The position numbers were made by a program, and so were the translations under genes. Below are positions 37,086 to 45,723 of a DNA stretch of 64,000 nucleotides, piece by piece. The DNA is from a virus (taxonomy: Duplodnaviria > Caudoviricetes). The stretch's first letter is position 1. Each line of letters opens with the position of its first letter. The stretch is taken from the IMG/VR virus record IMGVR_UViG_2627853687_000001, positions 28,861 through 92,860 of that record; one strand, written 5' to 3'. The notes under the pieces were generated by a model. The model worked only from the letters and a program-made list of their open reading frames with translations. It was not told the DNA's origin and made no database searches.

Positions 37086-37527
37086 AGTATTCCCCCTGCT
37101 CTGACTTACTCAGCTGATAGGTTCTGGTGACGGTATCCTGCAACGGGAAAATACGGTAAAGAGGGTTAAGACGGCTGTTACCGTGCGTGACACGCACTGT
37201 CAGATACCATTCACCTGGCTCCAGATAACGCGTATCGATCAGCAGAAACTCTTCACTCACACCTTTAGGCGAGAGGTCCAGCGTGCGCTGCTTGCCGGAG
37301 ATAACCACTGTCGGATCGTTACTGTCGCGCAGCCAGTACTCGATTTTTGCCCCCGCTAGTTTACCCGCGCAGGCAATATTAAAGCGGACCGGGAACGCCA
37401 GAGCGTTGTCACGTACCACAGCTACACCGCAACTCAGTAATGCCACTTTTTTACGGGCAATCGCGCAGCGATCAAATACCATCGCCGCCGCCATCGCTGT
37501 AATAAACAGATTCTGGTAATCAATCAT
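37072..37527 (-). CDS. lydB: LydB antiholin-like protein
   Basis: Follows lydA; N-terminal hydrophobic segment; NSRLNPLYRIFP. Confidence 0.75.
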   Translation of the reverse strand: MIDYQNLFITAMAAAMVFDRCAIARKKVALLSCGVAVVRDNALAFPVRFNIACAGKLAGAKIEYWLRDSNDPTVVISGKQRTLDLSPKGVSEEFLLIDTRYLEPGEWYLTVRVTHGNSRLNPLYRIFPLQDTVTRTYQLSKSEQGEYCVES

Positions 37528-37841
37528 TGGCCGGAGCCTCCTTTTGACCCAAATACGCCGTTTATTGCCGCAATGAGTCGTTCTTTAAATACAGTTGAGA
37601 GTTCACGCCAGTTGTTGCTTGCAACTAACACGGCGAGATAAATCACGATTTCGTCCAGTCCTTGCTGTCGCGCAAAAAAATAAGCCGTCAGTCCGGTAAT
37701 CAGCGCCAGCACCAGCTCGGTGGTGAAATTGAATACGTTTGGTTTGATCCGGTATTCGCGCACTCCCAGCAGGAATACGCCTGTGCCGCTTAGCAAAGAC
37801 AGGAGAAGCGAAACCGCGAGCATTTTTTCTACATCGGTCAC
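37524..37841 (-). CDS. lydA: LydA holin
   Basis: 105 aa with 3 TM segments, first gene of the dar operon. Confidence 0.8.
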   Translation of the reverse strand: MTDVEKMLAVSLLLSLLSGTGVFLLGVREYRIKPNVFNFTTELVLALITGLTAYFFARQQGLDEIVIYLAVLVASNNWRELSTVFKERLIAAINGVFGSKGGSGQ

Positions 37842-37876
37842 ATACCCCCCTTAGCACCTGGTAATCAGGTGGCGTG

Positions 37877-37897
37877 AGGGTACGGAGTCTGTAATTT
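37877..37897 (-). promoter_or_regulatory. late-promoter motif of the lydA-dar operon
   Basis: AAATTACAGACTCCGTACCCT. Confidence 0.75.
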
Positions 37898-37909
37898 AGA
37901 GAGGTAAAG

Positions 37910-37936
37910 AAAAACAGCGCCTGGAGGCGCTGTTTT
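37910..37936. terminator. bidirectional terminator after the tail fibre operon
   Basis: aaaaacagcgcc-tgga-ggcgctgtttt. Confidence 0.8.
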
Positions 37937-37944
37937 GAGGGAGA

Positions 37945-38535
37945 TTAGATTGCTGCTGGTGGCGCAGGCCAGGCAGATTCCGGCACGTTGCCGATATCGG
38001 TCTCTTTCAGCTGCCGGATGTAGGCCATCCACTCCACCAGCTGCAACTTGTCGTTATCCGGAAGGATGCCAAGCGCCAGCTCCGCCTGCCAGTCACTGAT
38101 AAAGGCCCGCGCTTTTGCCAGCAGTGAACTTCTGGTGCGCTCAGCCATTTCCTGCAGCTCTGCGGCAGAGTGTTTATAAGCCTCCACTTTGCCATTACGG
38201 TAAACCCATCCGCCTAATCTATCCATGCCGTCTGGAATATCCGAAGCGGCCACCTCTGCCACCCAGCAGTTGATCGGCCACAGTTTTGAAGCATCCGTGT
38301 CAAAGCTGACTACCCGACCTGCTTCGTCGTACACAATTTTCATCGTGTCTGGTGAATACAGTTTTTGCGATTCATACCAGTCCTGACCGCTTTTGCAACG
38401 GACGAAAATGATATTCATGTTATTGAGCGACTGTAGTCTGGCGGCCTCAACTTTTTCTTCATCAGTGGAAGATTCAGTAACGACCGGCACATCCGGTGTA
38501 TATTTTTTAAATGGTCCAAAATTTAACATGTTCAT
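37945..38535 (-). CDS. tail fibre assembly chaperone (gpU/Tfa)
   Basis: GQDWYESQ, WQAELALGI, W.AYI..L, WPAPP. Confidence 0.9.
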   Translation of the reverse strand: MNMLNFGPFKKYTPDVPVVTESSTDEEKVEAARLQSLNNMNIIFVRCKSGQDWYESQKLYSPDTMKIVYDEAGRVVSFDTDASKLWPINCWVAEVAASDIPDGMDRLGGWVYRNGKVEAYKHSAAELQEMAERTRSSLLAKARAFISDWQAELALGILPDNDKLQLVEWMAYIRQLKETDIGNVPESAWPAPPAAI

Positions 38536-38537
38536 CC

Positions 38538-41500
38538 TTACGCAAAGCCTGCTGTATACCAGCCACCGTTAATACAGTACTGAACACAACGCGCCGTCAC
38601 GACGTCGATATATTGGTCCTGGTTGTCGTTCCTGGCAGACGTTATAACGTAGCCGCTCTCTTCAGTAATACCGGGGCCGTTCCAGGTTGATGCTTGTTTA
38701 AAACCGGCAAATCTGACGGCACTAACATATCGTGCTGCGATGTAGTTATTGATGAATCCTCCCCAGACCGGGCCATAGATATTGCCATCCGCATGCATGA
38801 CCGACTGACCATTACCGGAATACACCACATTACCGGCAAAAAGATTGCCAGCAGCACTGACATTCCCACGTGCTGAAAAGTGTCCACCAACAACGTCGCC
38901 ACCAGCATTAATATTTCCATTTGCTGAGAAGTTACCACCTACATTGACATTGTGGTTCATAAGGACGTCGCCATTGATGCCATTAAAGCTGAACGGCCTT
39001 AGAGTATTAAATGCCCCATCCGGATCATTCTGGTTTGTGACCAGCATGTAATAATTTGAGCCATCAAACCGGTGCAGCATTCCGATGCCTTTGCCACCAG
39101 TCGGACGAATGCGTAAATCCGGGTCTTCTTGAACTACTTTTCCGTATACATAAAGTTTGTTCGTGGTAAAACGGGCCGTTTTAACATTGTTTGTATAAAC
39201 ATCCATAGTTCCATCATCAGGACATAATAAACCTGTATCGGCGTCGCCAATATTTATGGAACCGTGATCGTCAGCAAAAACGCCTGTTCCGATATTTCCG
39301 ATGCTCATATGTGTTGCTGTAAAAAGTCGGCCTCGGATAAAAGTGTCAGTCTCAAAGTGCGCGTCTTTATCAACAACAAGTGACCCAACTAAATGCGACG
39401 CTGCATTGATATTGAGATGACCGGCAACAATATTCATTGTTGCCTGCCCCGAAGCAGTCGCATTAGTCGTATCGACCAGAATACGGGCGTCGTAGTCATT
39501 CATCTGTGCAGTTGATGAATTGAAGTCGATATACGGAGTTGCTGAAATTAGGCTTACCTGGCCTCTGAACTCCGCAGCGTTGAAAGACCTAAATAAATCG
39601 CTTACTTCCAGTCCGCCTTTTACCGACAACGCGATATAACTGGCTGGAGGGGCAGTATCCACTCCGCCTATAATTGTCTGACCGCGCAGATAGTTTGGTG
39701 CCGTTCCCTGCATATACAGGTTCCACCGATTTAATCCTGCGCGTTGCGTCATCATCCCTTCAAATGCATAGGCCGCTTTAATGCTAAGATTGGCTTTGTC
39801 AAACACGCGGAAAGACGACATTAGACCTACAGTGGCGTTGGCGTTAACAACAGTGCTGTTACCCCAGAACTCGACAACTTCAGGCAAGTTTTGTCCACTG
39901 CTTCCGTCACCTACTGACATTTCCACACCAAAACCAATGCCACGGACTGTCGCGTCTGCACCGAGATTGGTATAAGCCATTGCAGCAATCTGAGTCGTTC
40001 CAGTCAGATTACCTTTGCCCGGTGCTGTGCTTCCAATCGTCAGCATGCGTCCGGTGCTGTCACTGCTACCGCCAAGTGCCAGATGTCCTTTATCGCTGAA
40101 GAGCGCGATATTCTGGTTCCACGTTACGCCATTATTCCGGTTATCCACATCGAGACGCAGGCTACTGCCCTCGCCTCTCAGGCGAAAGCCAGCTGCTTCT
40201 GCGTCACGATCGATGAAAGTGACTGTAGGCGCAAAGCTGTTAACCGTGATCCCCTGAGTACCATCACTGCTGCTGCCCGTTACCACCAGCGCGGCATTGG
40301 TCAGATCGCCTACCGCTGTTGCCCCCTTCGCCAGCACGTTTACCGGGCCGGTAAAGTCAGCGCCTCTGTTTACCGTAAGGTTGCCGCCGACCGTGGCATT
40401 ATTGCGGAGGTTCATTGTCGAAACGTTGGTTTCGGCAGTGCCATCGCCCGCCAGGGTAAGCCACGTACTTGTAACAGAGTTGCCCCAGGTAACGGTATCG
40501 GTGTTGTCCGTAGACTGGCCCATATACCAGTGCAGCGTATTGTCAGCCTTTCGCCCGCGCAGGTAGTAGGCTTTGTCTTTAGTTTTAGGCTTCAGTTGCA
40601 GCGCAATAGTGTCAGCGGTAAACAGGGCCGCGCCATCAGACGACAGACCGCCGCCACCGGTAATAGTCAGCCCGCCAGCACCCTGCAGCGTGGTTAAGCC
40701 ATCTCCACTGTTGAGAACCAGACGCGTCGTAATAACGCCTGTTGATGCACGCGCATCAATCGAAATTTTACCGCCGCCATGCGGCATGTTTGTAGTTGTT
40801 ATGCCACCGAGAATCCTGCCGCTCCAGGCATCACCACTAACTGCCGCCACGCGGCCTACAATCTGCATTACGTCTGTTTCGTATGCGGGAGGCTTATCAT
40901 CCAGCTGATCGGTCCGCAAAAACGTCATGGAAGGCACTGACGGCTCAGACCGGATCACACCAATACGGAAACCGGCGCTGATTTGAGAACCGACGTCGAG
41001 ATTTTTTGAAACCGTCAGCTTCGGCGTGTTGATATTGGTCAGCTTGCTGGTACTGGTAATATCGTTGTTATCACCTGCCGCTGCCGCGCCCGCCTTTACC
41101 AGATCGGCCAGTGTCATGCTGGCGCTGTCCATCACCTTGCGCCAGCCGTTTTGGTCTGAACCCACTGTCAGCCCGGACCACACCCAGTCGCCTGAAACCT
41201 TAGCGGCCACACGCAGATACATTACGCCACCCTGCGCCGCCAGCAGCTGCAGCAGTGACGCGTCGGCATCATATTTCCGTCGCATGTTGAATAGCTGGCC
41301 ACGCAGCGTCTGCATGGTTTTGCCAAGATCAATCGGGCCGTCACTGAAGGTGCCGCTCAGTGTCCAGAAGGCATTTTGCTCAGTCACAGACACGTCAGCC
41401 AGTAAGGTGATTTTGCTGTCCAGTACCAGCGACGGCGCTCCCAGGCCAAATGCGCCCACGGCCATCAGCGCACCCGCCGTCATATCCAGCGGGTTTTTCT

Positions 41501-42302
41501 GCTGATCCGCCTGCGCGGCGGTACCGAGACCGAGATTTTCCCGCGCCTCTGGCACGTCTGGCAGATCAGCTAGATTCTCACTGGCGACCAGCTGCTTCTC
41601 ATTGACCAGCTGATCCAGCTCGATGTTTTTACGGAACATCGCTTTGTCGTGAATATCCGAGCCGTTATTGGCAATGACCATGTTGTTATCGATCATGCCT
41701 TTAAGGATTTTTAGCCCCTTAAGGTTAGCCGCAATCAGCTCATCGTCGCTGGTGTAAATCGAATCCAGCGTGATACCGACCTGCCGGTTGATACGGTAGT
41801 TGGTGACGATCATCGCCTGCGTAACCTGCGTGGTGCCGGTTGGCACAAGTACGCGGCAAAGCTCCAGCTGGTTCGGCGTCAGCGCAACTGAGATATCCTG
41901 CGCAAAGACGCGTGCGGCCTCAACTGTGGAGGTGATATCTACCTGATCTGTCTTCACGCCCAGCTTATAGTTTGCTTCCAGCACGATACGGGTAGTTTTG
42001 CCCGCCATGACCGGCAACGTCAGATCGGCCAGATGCTGCACGGTGATCTGATGTGCGTTTACGTCGATTGAGGCCGCGCCCTGACCGCCTTCAGCCCCTT
42101 TTGAGGTAACGACGATATTCAGCCCGGAACCGGCAACCGGCGCAAACCCCAGGTAAAATCCGGATCGCACAATGCCCTTTAGCTTGCGGTTTAAAGCGGA
42201 ACTGGTGTAGGTCTCCAGGTACTGCATATCCGCTGATAGCGGCGCGGTGCCATACGCTTTCCCCGCCATAACGCCGATATCGGTAATTTCATTACTGCTC
42301 AT
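38538..42302 (-). CDS. tail fibre protein S
   Basis: P1 S-like N-terminus (ADMQYLETYTSSALNRKLKGIV), ARENLGLG/GAFGLG, fibre repeats, C-terminal DGNIYGPVWGG...VQY.ING.WYT. Confidence 0.92.
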   Translation of the reverse strand: MSSNEITDIGVMAGKAYGTAPLSADMQYLETYTSSALNRKLKGIVRSGFYLGFAPVAGSGLNIVVTSKGAEGGQGAASIDVNAHQITVQHLADLTLPVMAGKTTRIVLEANYKLGVKTDQVDITSTVEAARVFAQDISVALTPNQLELCRVLVPTGTTQVTQAMIVTNYRINRQVGITLDSIYTSDDELIAANLKGLKILKGMIDNNMVIANNGSDIHDKAMFRKNIELDQLVNEKQLVASENLADLPDVPEARENLGLGTAAQADQQKNPLDMTAGALMAVGAFGLGAPSLVLDSKITLLADVSVTEQNAFWTLSGTFSDGPIDLGKTMQTLRGQLFNMRRKYDADASLLQLLAAQGGVMYLRVAAKVSGDWVWSGLTVGSDQNGWRKVMDSASMTLADLVKAGAAAAGDNNDITSTSKLTNINTPKLTVSKNLDVGSQISAGFRIGVIRSEPSVPSMTFLRTDQLDDKPPAYETDVMQIVGRVAAVSGDAWSGRILGGITTTNMPHGGGKISIDARASTGVITTRLVLNSGDGLTTLQGAGGLTITGGGGLSSDGAALFTADTIALQLKPKTKDKAYYLRGRKADNTLHWYMGQSTDNTDTVTWGNSVTSTWLTLAGDGTAETNVSTMNLRNNATVGGNLTVNRGADFTGPVNVLAKGATAVGDLTNAALVVTGSSSDGTQGITVNSFAPTVTFIDRDAEAAGFRLRGEGSSLRLDVDNRNNGVTWNQNIALFSDKGHLALGGSSDSTGRMLTIGSTAPGKGNLTGTTQIAAMAYTNLGADATVRGIGFGVEMSVGDGSSGQNLPEVVEFWGNSTVVNANATVGLMSSFRVFDKANLSIKAAYAFEGMMTQRAGLNRWNLYMQGTAPNYLRGQTIIGGVDTAPPASYIALSVKGGLEVSDLFRSFNAAEFRGQVSLISATPYIDFNSSTAQMNDYDARILVDTTNATASGQATMNIVAGHLNINAASHLVGSLVVDKDAHFETDTFIRGRLFTATHMSIGNIGTGVFADDHGSINIGDADTGLLCPDDGTMDVYTNNVKTARFTTNKLYVYGKVVQEDPDLRIRPTGGKGIGMLHRFDGSNYYMLVTNQNDPDGAFNTLRPFSFNGINGDVLMNHNVNVGGNFSANGNINAGGDVVGGHFSARGNVSAAGNLFAGNVVYSGNGQSVMHADGNIYGPVWGGFINNYIAARYVSAVRFAGFKQASTWNGPGITEESGYVITSARNDNQDQYIDVVTARCVQYCINGGWYTAGFA

Positions 42303-42307
42303 GTGCG

Positions 42308-42751
42308 CTACGCCGTTTTCTGTTCGATGGTGACGATAAGACGGTAGGCCTTACCACGGAATACGGTGTCCTGCTGCAGGCACAGCACGGCAAAGGCGTT
42401 GCCGTCAGCGTCCACCAGCGTAAGCGTATTGAGATCATAGGCTTTGCCTTCCGGAAGAATGGCTTCATCCAGCTGAATGGTGATCGAGATATCCGCGCCG
42501 GTGCTGGTAAGAACCAGAGGCGTTTCAGTGAATTTACCGGTCAGGTTGTCGTTGCTGAACGTGGAGGGAATATCCGCGATGTTCCAGCCGCCAGCGGCGT
42601 TACTGCTGACGAGCGTTGACTTGCCCCAGTAGGCTTTCACCATCTGGAAGCGGGAACCCTTGCCGATGGAGGATTCAGCGCGACGGATGTAGTAGTAATC
42701 CAGCAGCTTCGCTTTAAACAGCTTGCTGCTGACAGAGATAGTATCAGCCAT
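42308..42751 (-). CDS. tail fibre-associated protein R
   Basis: LLDYYY.RRAESSI; immediately upstream of S as in P1. Confidence 0.8.
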   Translation of the reverse strand: MADTISVSSKLFKAKLLDYYYIRRAESSIGKGSRFQMVKAYWGKSTLVSSNAAGGWNIADIPSTFSNDNLTGKFTETPLVLTSTGADISITIQLDEAILPEGKAYDLNTLTLVDADGNAFAVLCLQQDTVFRGKAYRLIVTIEQKTA

Positions 42752-42781
42752 AAAAAAAGCCTCTCAGAGTTAAGAGGCCAG

Positions 42782-42802
42782 AGGGTATGGAGTTCGTAAA
42801 AT
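42782..42802 (-). promoter_or_regulatory. late-promoter motif of the R-S-U operon
   Basis: ATTTTACGAACTCCATACCCT. Confidence 0.65.
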
Positions 42803-42813
42803 CCGATGGTCAA

Positions 42814-43905
42814 CTACGCGACAAATTGCTCATAAAAAAGCGTCGCGATCGTGCTGTTGCCGCTGCCGTCGTCGGGCAGAGCCAGAACAAACTCCGGCAT
42901 GCCGTCAAAGGGAAACGCCATTGTCACGCTACTGCCGTCCGTGCTGGTGGCTGTGACGCCCTGGCTGTTGCCCTTCTGGATACCAACGTATTGCACGCCA
43001 CCGTCCGTGAATAACCGGGCGCGGCTGTCACTGGCAGCGCTGGCAATATCAATGGGCGCTGGCGCGGCGTCAGGCCTTGCGAGGTAGTCATTAGTCCAGG
43101 CGTCTGCGGCAAACATATCGTAGCGTTCGCAGCGCTTAACCTGACGTAACGGCACGGTGGGAATATCGAACTGCTGCTGTGTGGCCATGTGCAGGTTTTT
43201 GATCTCCGACTGGAGATCGGCGTAAGACAATTTGGCCTGATAGTCGATACCGGCGCTGATAAGCGTGATGTTTTCAGCGTCTGCGCTCATCTCAAACGAG
43301 ATGAATAGCGCTACACCGTCAAACACGATGTGAAGCGGCAGCAGCGGAGCAATGATACGGTCAAATTGCGTTAGCAGCTTCTGAACAGCTTCACCCTGCT
43401 CCAGATAACCATAACGCTCATAAAGCTCATTCAGCGCTACCGAGATTTGCGCACGTGACGTCAGGAAGAACTCGCCATATTTTGCTTCAGCAATCGCCAG
43501 GCCTTCTTTTGTGGTGAAGAAGGTGCCATAGGGGGCCAGATCCTGATCTACCGGCGCATACAACTCCTGCCAGCTGACCGGCAGGTTATCGAACTCGCGC
43601 CAGAATGTAGAGGTGATCGGCTTATCGGTGCCTTTAAAATGCACTTCGTCCAGGCGCTGTGCCAGCAGTATGGGCCTGCTGGTATCCGTGGTCTCCGCAA
43701 CAATGAAGAAACGGCCGTATTCGCTCATGCGCAGCGTCAGATCGTCCTTGTCCATCGTGTAATAACTTTTGCGGTTGGTAATACGTTCCAGAATCGGCTC
43801 TACCGTTTCCTCAAAAATGCCCTGAAGCGTGTTAGCAAAGCCCGACCATAACTCAGAGCCTTGCTTTTCCTTTGTAAGACGGTCTTTTACCCAGTTTCTG
43901 ATCAT
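42814..43905 (-). CDS. baseplate wedge protein gp16
   Basis: LERITNRKS, QRLDEVHFKGT, GEFFLTSR match P1 gp16. Confidence 0.85.
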   Translation of the reverse strand: MIRNWVKDRLTKEKQGSELWSGFANTLQGIFEETVEPILERITNRKSYYTMDKDDLTLRMSEYGRFFIVAETTDTSRPILLAQRLDEVHFKGTDKPITSTFWREFDNLPVSWQELYAPVDQDLAPYGTFFTTKEGLAIAEAKYGEFFLTSRAQISVALNELYERYGYLEQGEAVQKLLTQFDRIIAPLLPLHIVFDGVALFISFEMSADAENITLISAGIDYQAKLSYADLQSEIKNLHMATQQQFDIPTVPLRQVKRCERYDMFAADAWTNDYLARPDAAPAPIDIASAASDSRARLFTDGGVQYVGIQKGNSQGVTATSTDGSSVTMAFPFDGMPEFVLALPDDGSGNSTIATLFYEQFVA

Positions 43906-43914
43906 GGCCGTGCC

Positions 43915-45348
43915 TTACAGGTAGTTAATATCAAACGTGGAGTTAGCCACATCGAGATAGATAAAATCATTCAGCTGCAGGGCCGTTTTCATATCGTGCG
44001 GGGTCAGCTCATAGGAGATAAACAGGTTCAGCTCTTCGATAACGCGCCAGAGGTCTTTCACCTGCACCTGTGAGAAGTGCTTACCGGCAGCAACGCCATT
44101 CTGATCGCTGTCGCCAAACGTTGTTGCATCCCGTCCAAACCGGGCCTCAAGCGCTTCCTGAACGGCTTTTTTAGCGTCTGACAGAATGACGTTCTTCTTG
44201 GCCAGCGCGGTCAGTGAGATCGTGAATGGCTCTTCCTGTGTCCGGACGTAGCGGAACTTCTTATTGATCTCATTCGGAATAGACGTGACGGCTGTCATGA
44301 GCATGGTTTCAAGCTCAGCCTGCGTGTACCCTGGCTTATGACCGCAGAAGAAAATCGTGTTGATATTGCTCAGTGACTTAATGCCGGTGGATAGCTCCTG
44401 CTCCTGCTCACCCCAGGCACTGATCCACGACATACCCGGTACAGCACGATTCAGGAAGTACTTGTAGTCACCGCCCCACACTACCTGCTCATCATAGGCC
44501 ACGTAGTACTGCGCCCGGTTGCGCGTTTCCTCAGTGCTTTCAAAGCCACTTCCGCCCGTGATTGGCGTCGTGGTCACGACTTCTATCTTGCTGTTCAAGT
44601 CGGCAATGTTGCCCGCTGGCGTCAGCTTCTGGCCCTGCGTCAGCGTGGTGTCGCCCCGGCTGCACCACACATCCAGATCAACCTTACTGCCGGTCTTCGG
44701 CATCTTCCCGATCGCACCGTCACCAAAGCGCACGCCCAGCTGCTCAGAGGGTTTGTAAACCAGCACGTAATGCTGGCTGGTGCCACGGGATAGACGAAAC
44801 AGCGGGTTATTTTCCCACAGCGATTTGTTCTCGTTTTCCGTCACAAATACGTCCATCGAGACCGTTTCCTCCGTAATATCACGCGGCAGCATAACCGTGT
44901 AAAACGGCGCTTCGGCGTCGATTGCAGAGGATACGTTGACGTGTTCCATCTGGCGGACGTCGTTAACGACGACGCTGCGGCCAGCGGGGATGATCACCAC
45001 ATCGGTTGTGACGTAAGGCAACTGTGCATTCGACAGAAACTCCGCGTAGATCGGCAACTGAATGACTTCATCCGTTTTGTTGGTGATCTTCACACTGCCC
45101 CACGACGGCGTGATTAAGTGACCGAGGTAATTGCGGTCCTCGGCTGCGGCCAGAATGCTTGAGCGCTTCGTTGCGGTGGAGATAAACCCCTCCGTCAGGC
45201 CGCGCTCAGCGGTAGTCTGTGCGGCATAGATAATCTGTGCACCAAACACGGCCATCATCTGAATGAACTGGCTGTTGGTAAACTTTCTCCACCAGCTGTT
45301 GGCCTGCAGCTTTCCGTTAAAATTTTCCAGTAACTCCTGAATACTCAC
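43915..45348 (-). CDS. bplA: baseplate J-like protein BplA
   Basis: EGFISTAT.RSSILAAAEDR, VRFGDG..GK.P, GGS..ES.EE.R. Confidence 0.88.
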   Translation of the reverse strand: MSIQELLENFNGKLQANSWWRKFTNSQFIQMMAVFGAQIIYAAQTTAERGLTEGFISTATKRSSILAAAEDRNYLGHLITPSWGSVKITNKTDEVIQLPIYAEFLSNAQLPYVTTDVVIIPAGRSVVVNDVRQMEHVNVSSAIDAEAPFYTVMLPRDITEETVSMDVFVTENENKSLWENNPLFRLSRGTSQHYVLVYKPSEQLGVRFGDGAIGKMPKTGSKVDLDVWCSRGDTTLTQGQKLTPAGNIADLNSKIEVVTTTPITGGSGFESTEETRNRAQYYVAYDEQVVWGGDYKYFLNRAVPGMSWISAWGEQEQELSTGIKSLSNINTIFFCGHKPGYTQAELETMLMTAVTSIPNEINKKFRYVRTQEEPFTISLTALAKKNVILSDAKKAVQEALEARFGRDATTFGDSDQNGVAAGKHFSQVQVKDLWRVIEELNLFISYELTPHDMKTALQLNDFIYLDVANSTFDINYL

Positions 45349-45360
45349 AATTTACTCCGA

Positions 45361-45720
45361 TTAACTTTTGTTCATGGATACGGTCAGCGGACCGTTTGAT
45401 GTAATGAATGTGATTTGCCAGGTATCAACGTTTTCTGGCGCGCAGCGGATAGCACGCAGACCCAGCCCAGGCAGATCGATACGCAGCTTCCTGATAAGCG
45501 CAGCCTCCACTGCAACCTCTGTTAAGTGGCCGGTTTCAGAACCGACCGGCTCATGTTTGAAGTCCTGCATGGTGTTACCCCATCCCGGCAGGCCGTAAAC
45601 GCTGCCCTGTGGCGTTCTAAGCCATTCCTCAAGCCGGGCAAGCCATGCATCTGACTCTCCGGCTTTCACCACCACGCCGCCCTGATCCACGCGCATCAGG
45701 CAGTCAATTTCGTTTTGCAT
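45361..45720 (-). CDS. pmgA: baseplate gp25-like protein PmgA
   Basis: EWLRTPQGSVYGLPGWGN; lies between sit and bplA. Confidence 0.8.
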   Translation of the reverse strand: MQNEIDCLMRVDQGGVVVKAGESDAWLARLEEWLRTPQGSVYGLPGWGNTMQDFKHEPVGSETGHLTEVAVEAALIRKLRIDLPGLGLRAIRCAPENVDTWQITFITSNGPLTVSMNKS

Positions 45721-45723
45721 GCG

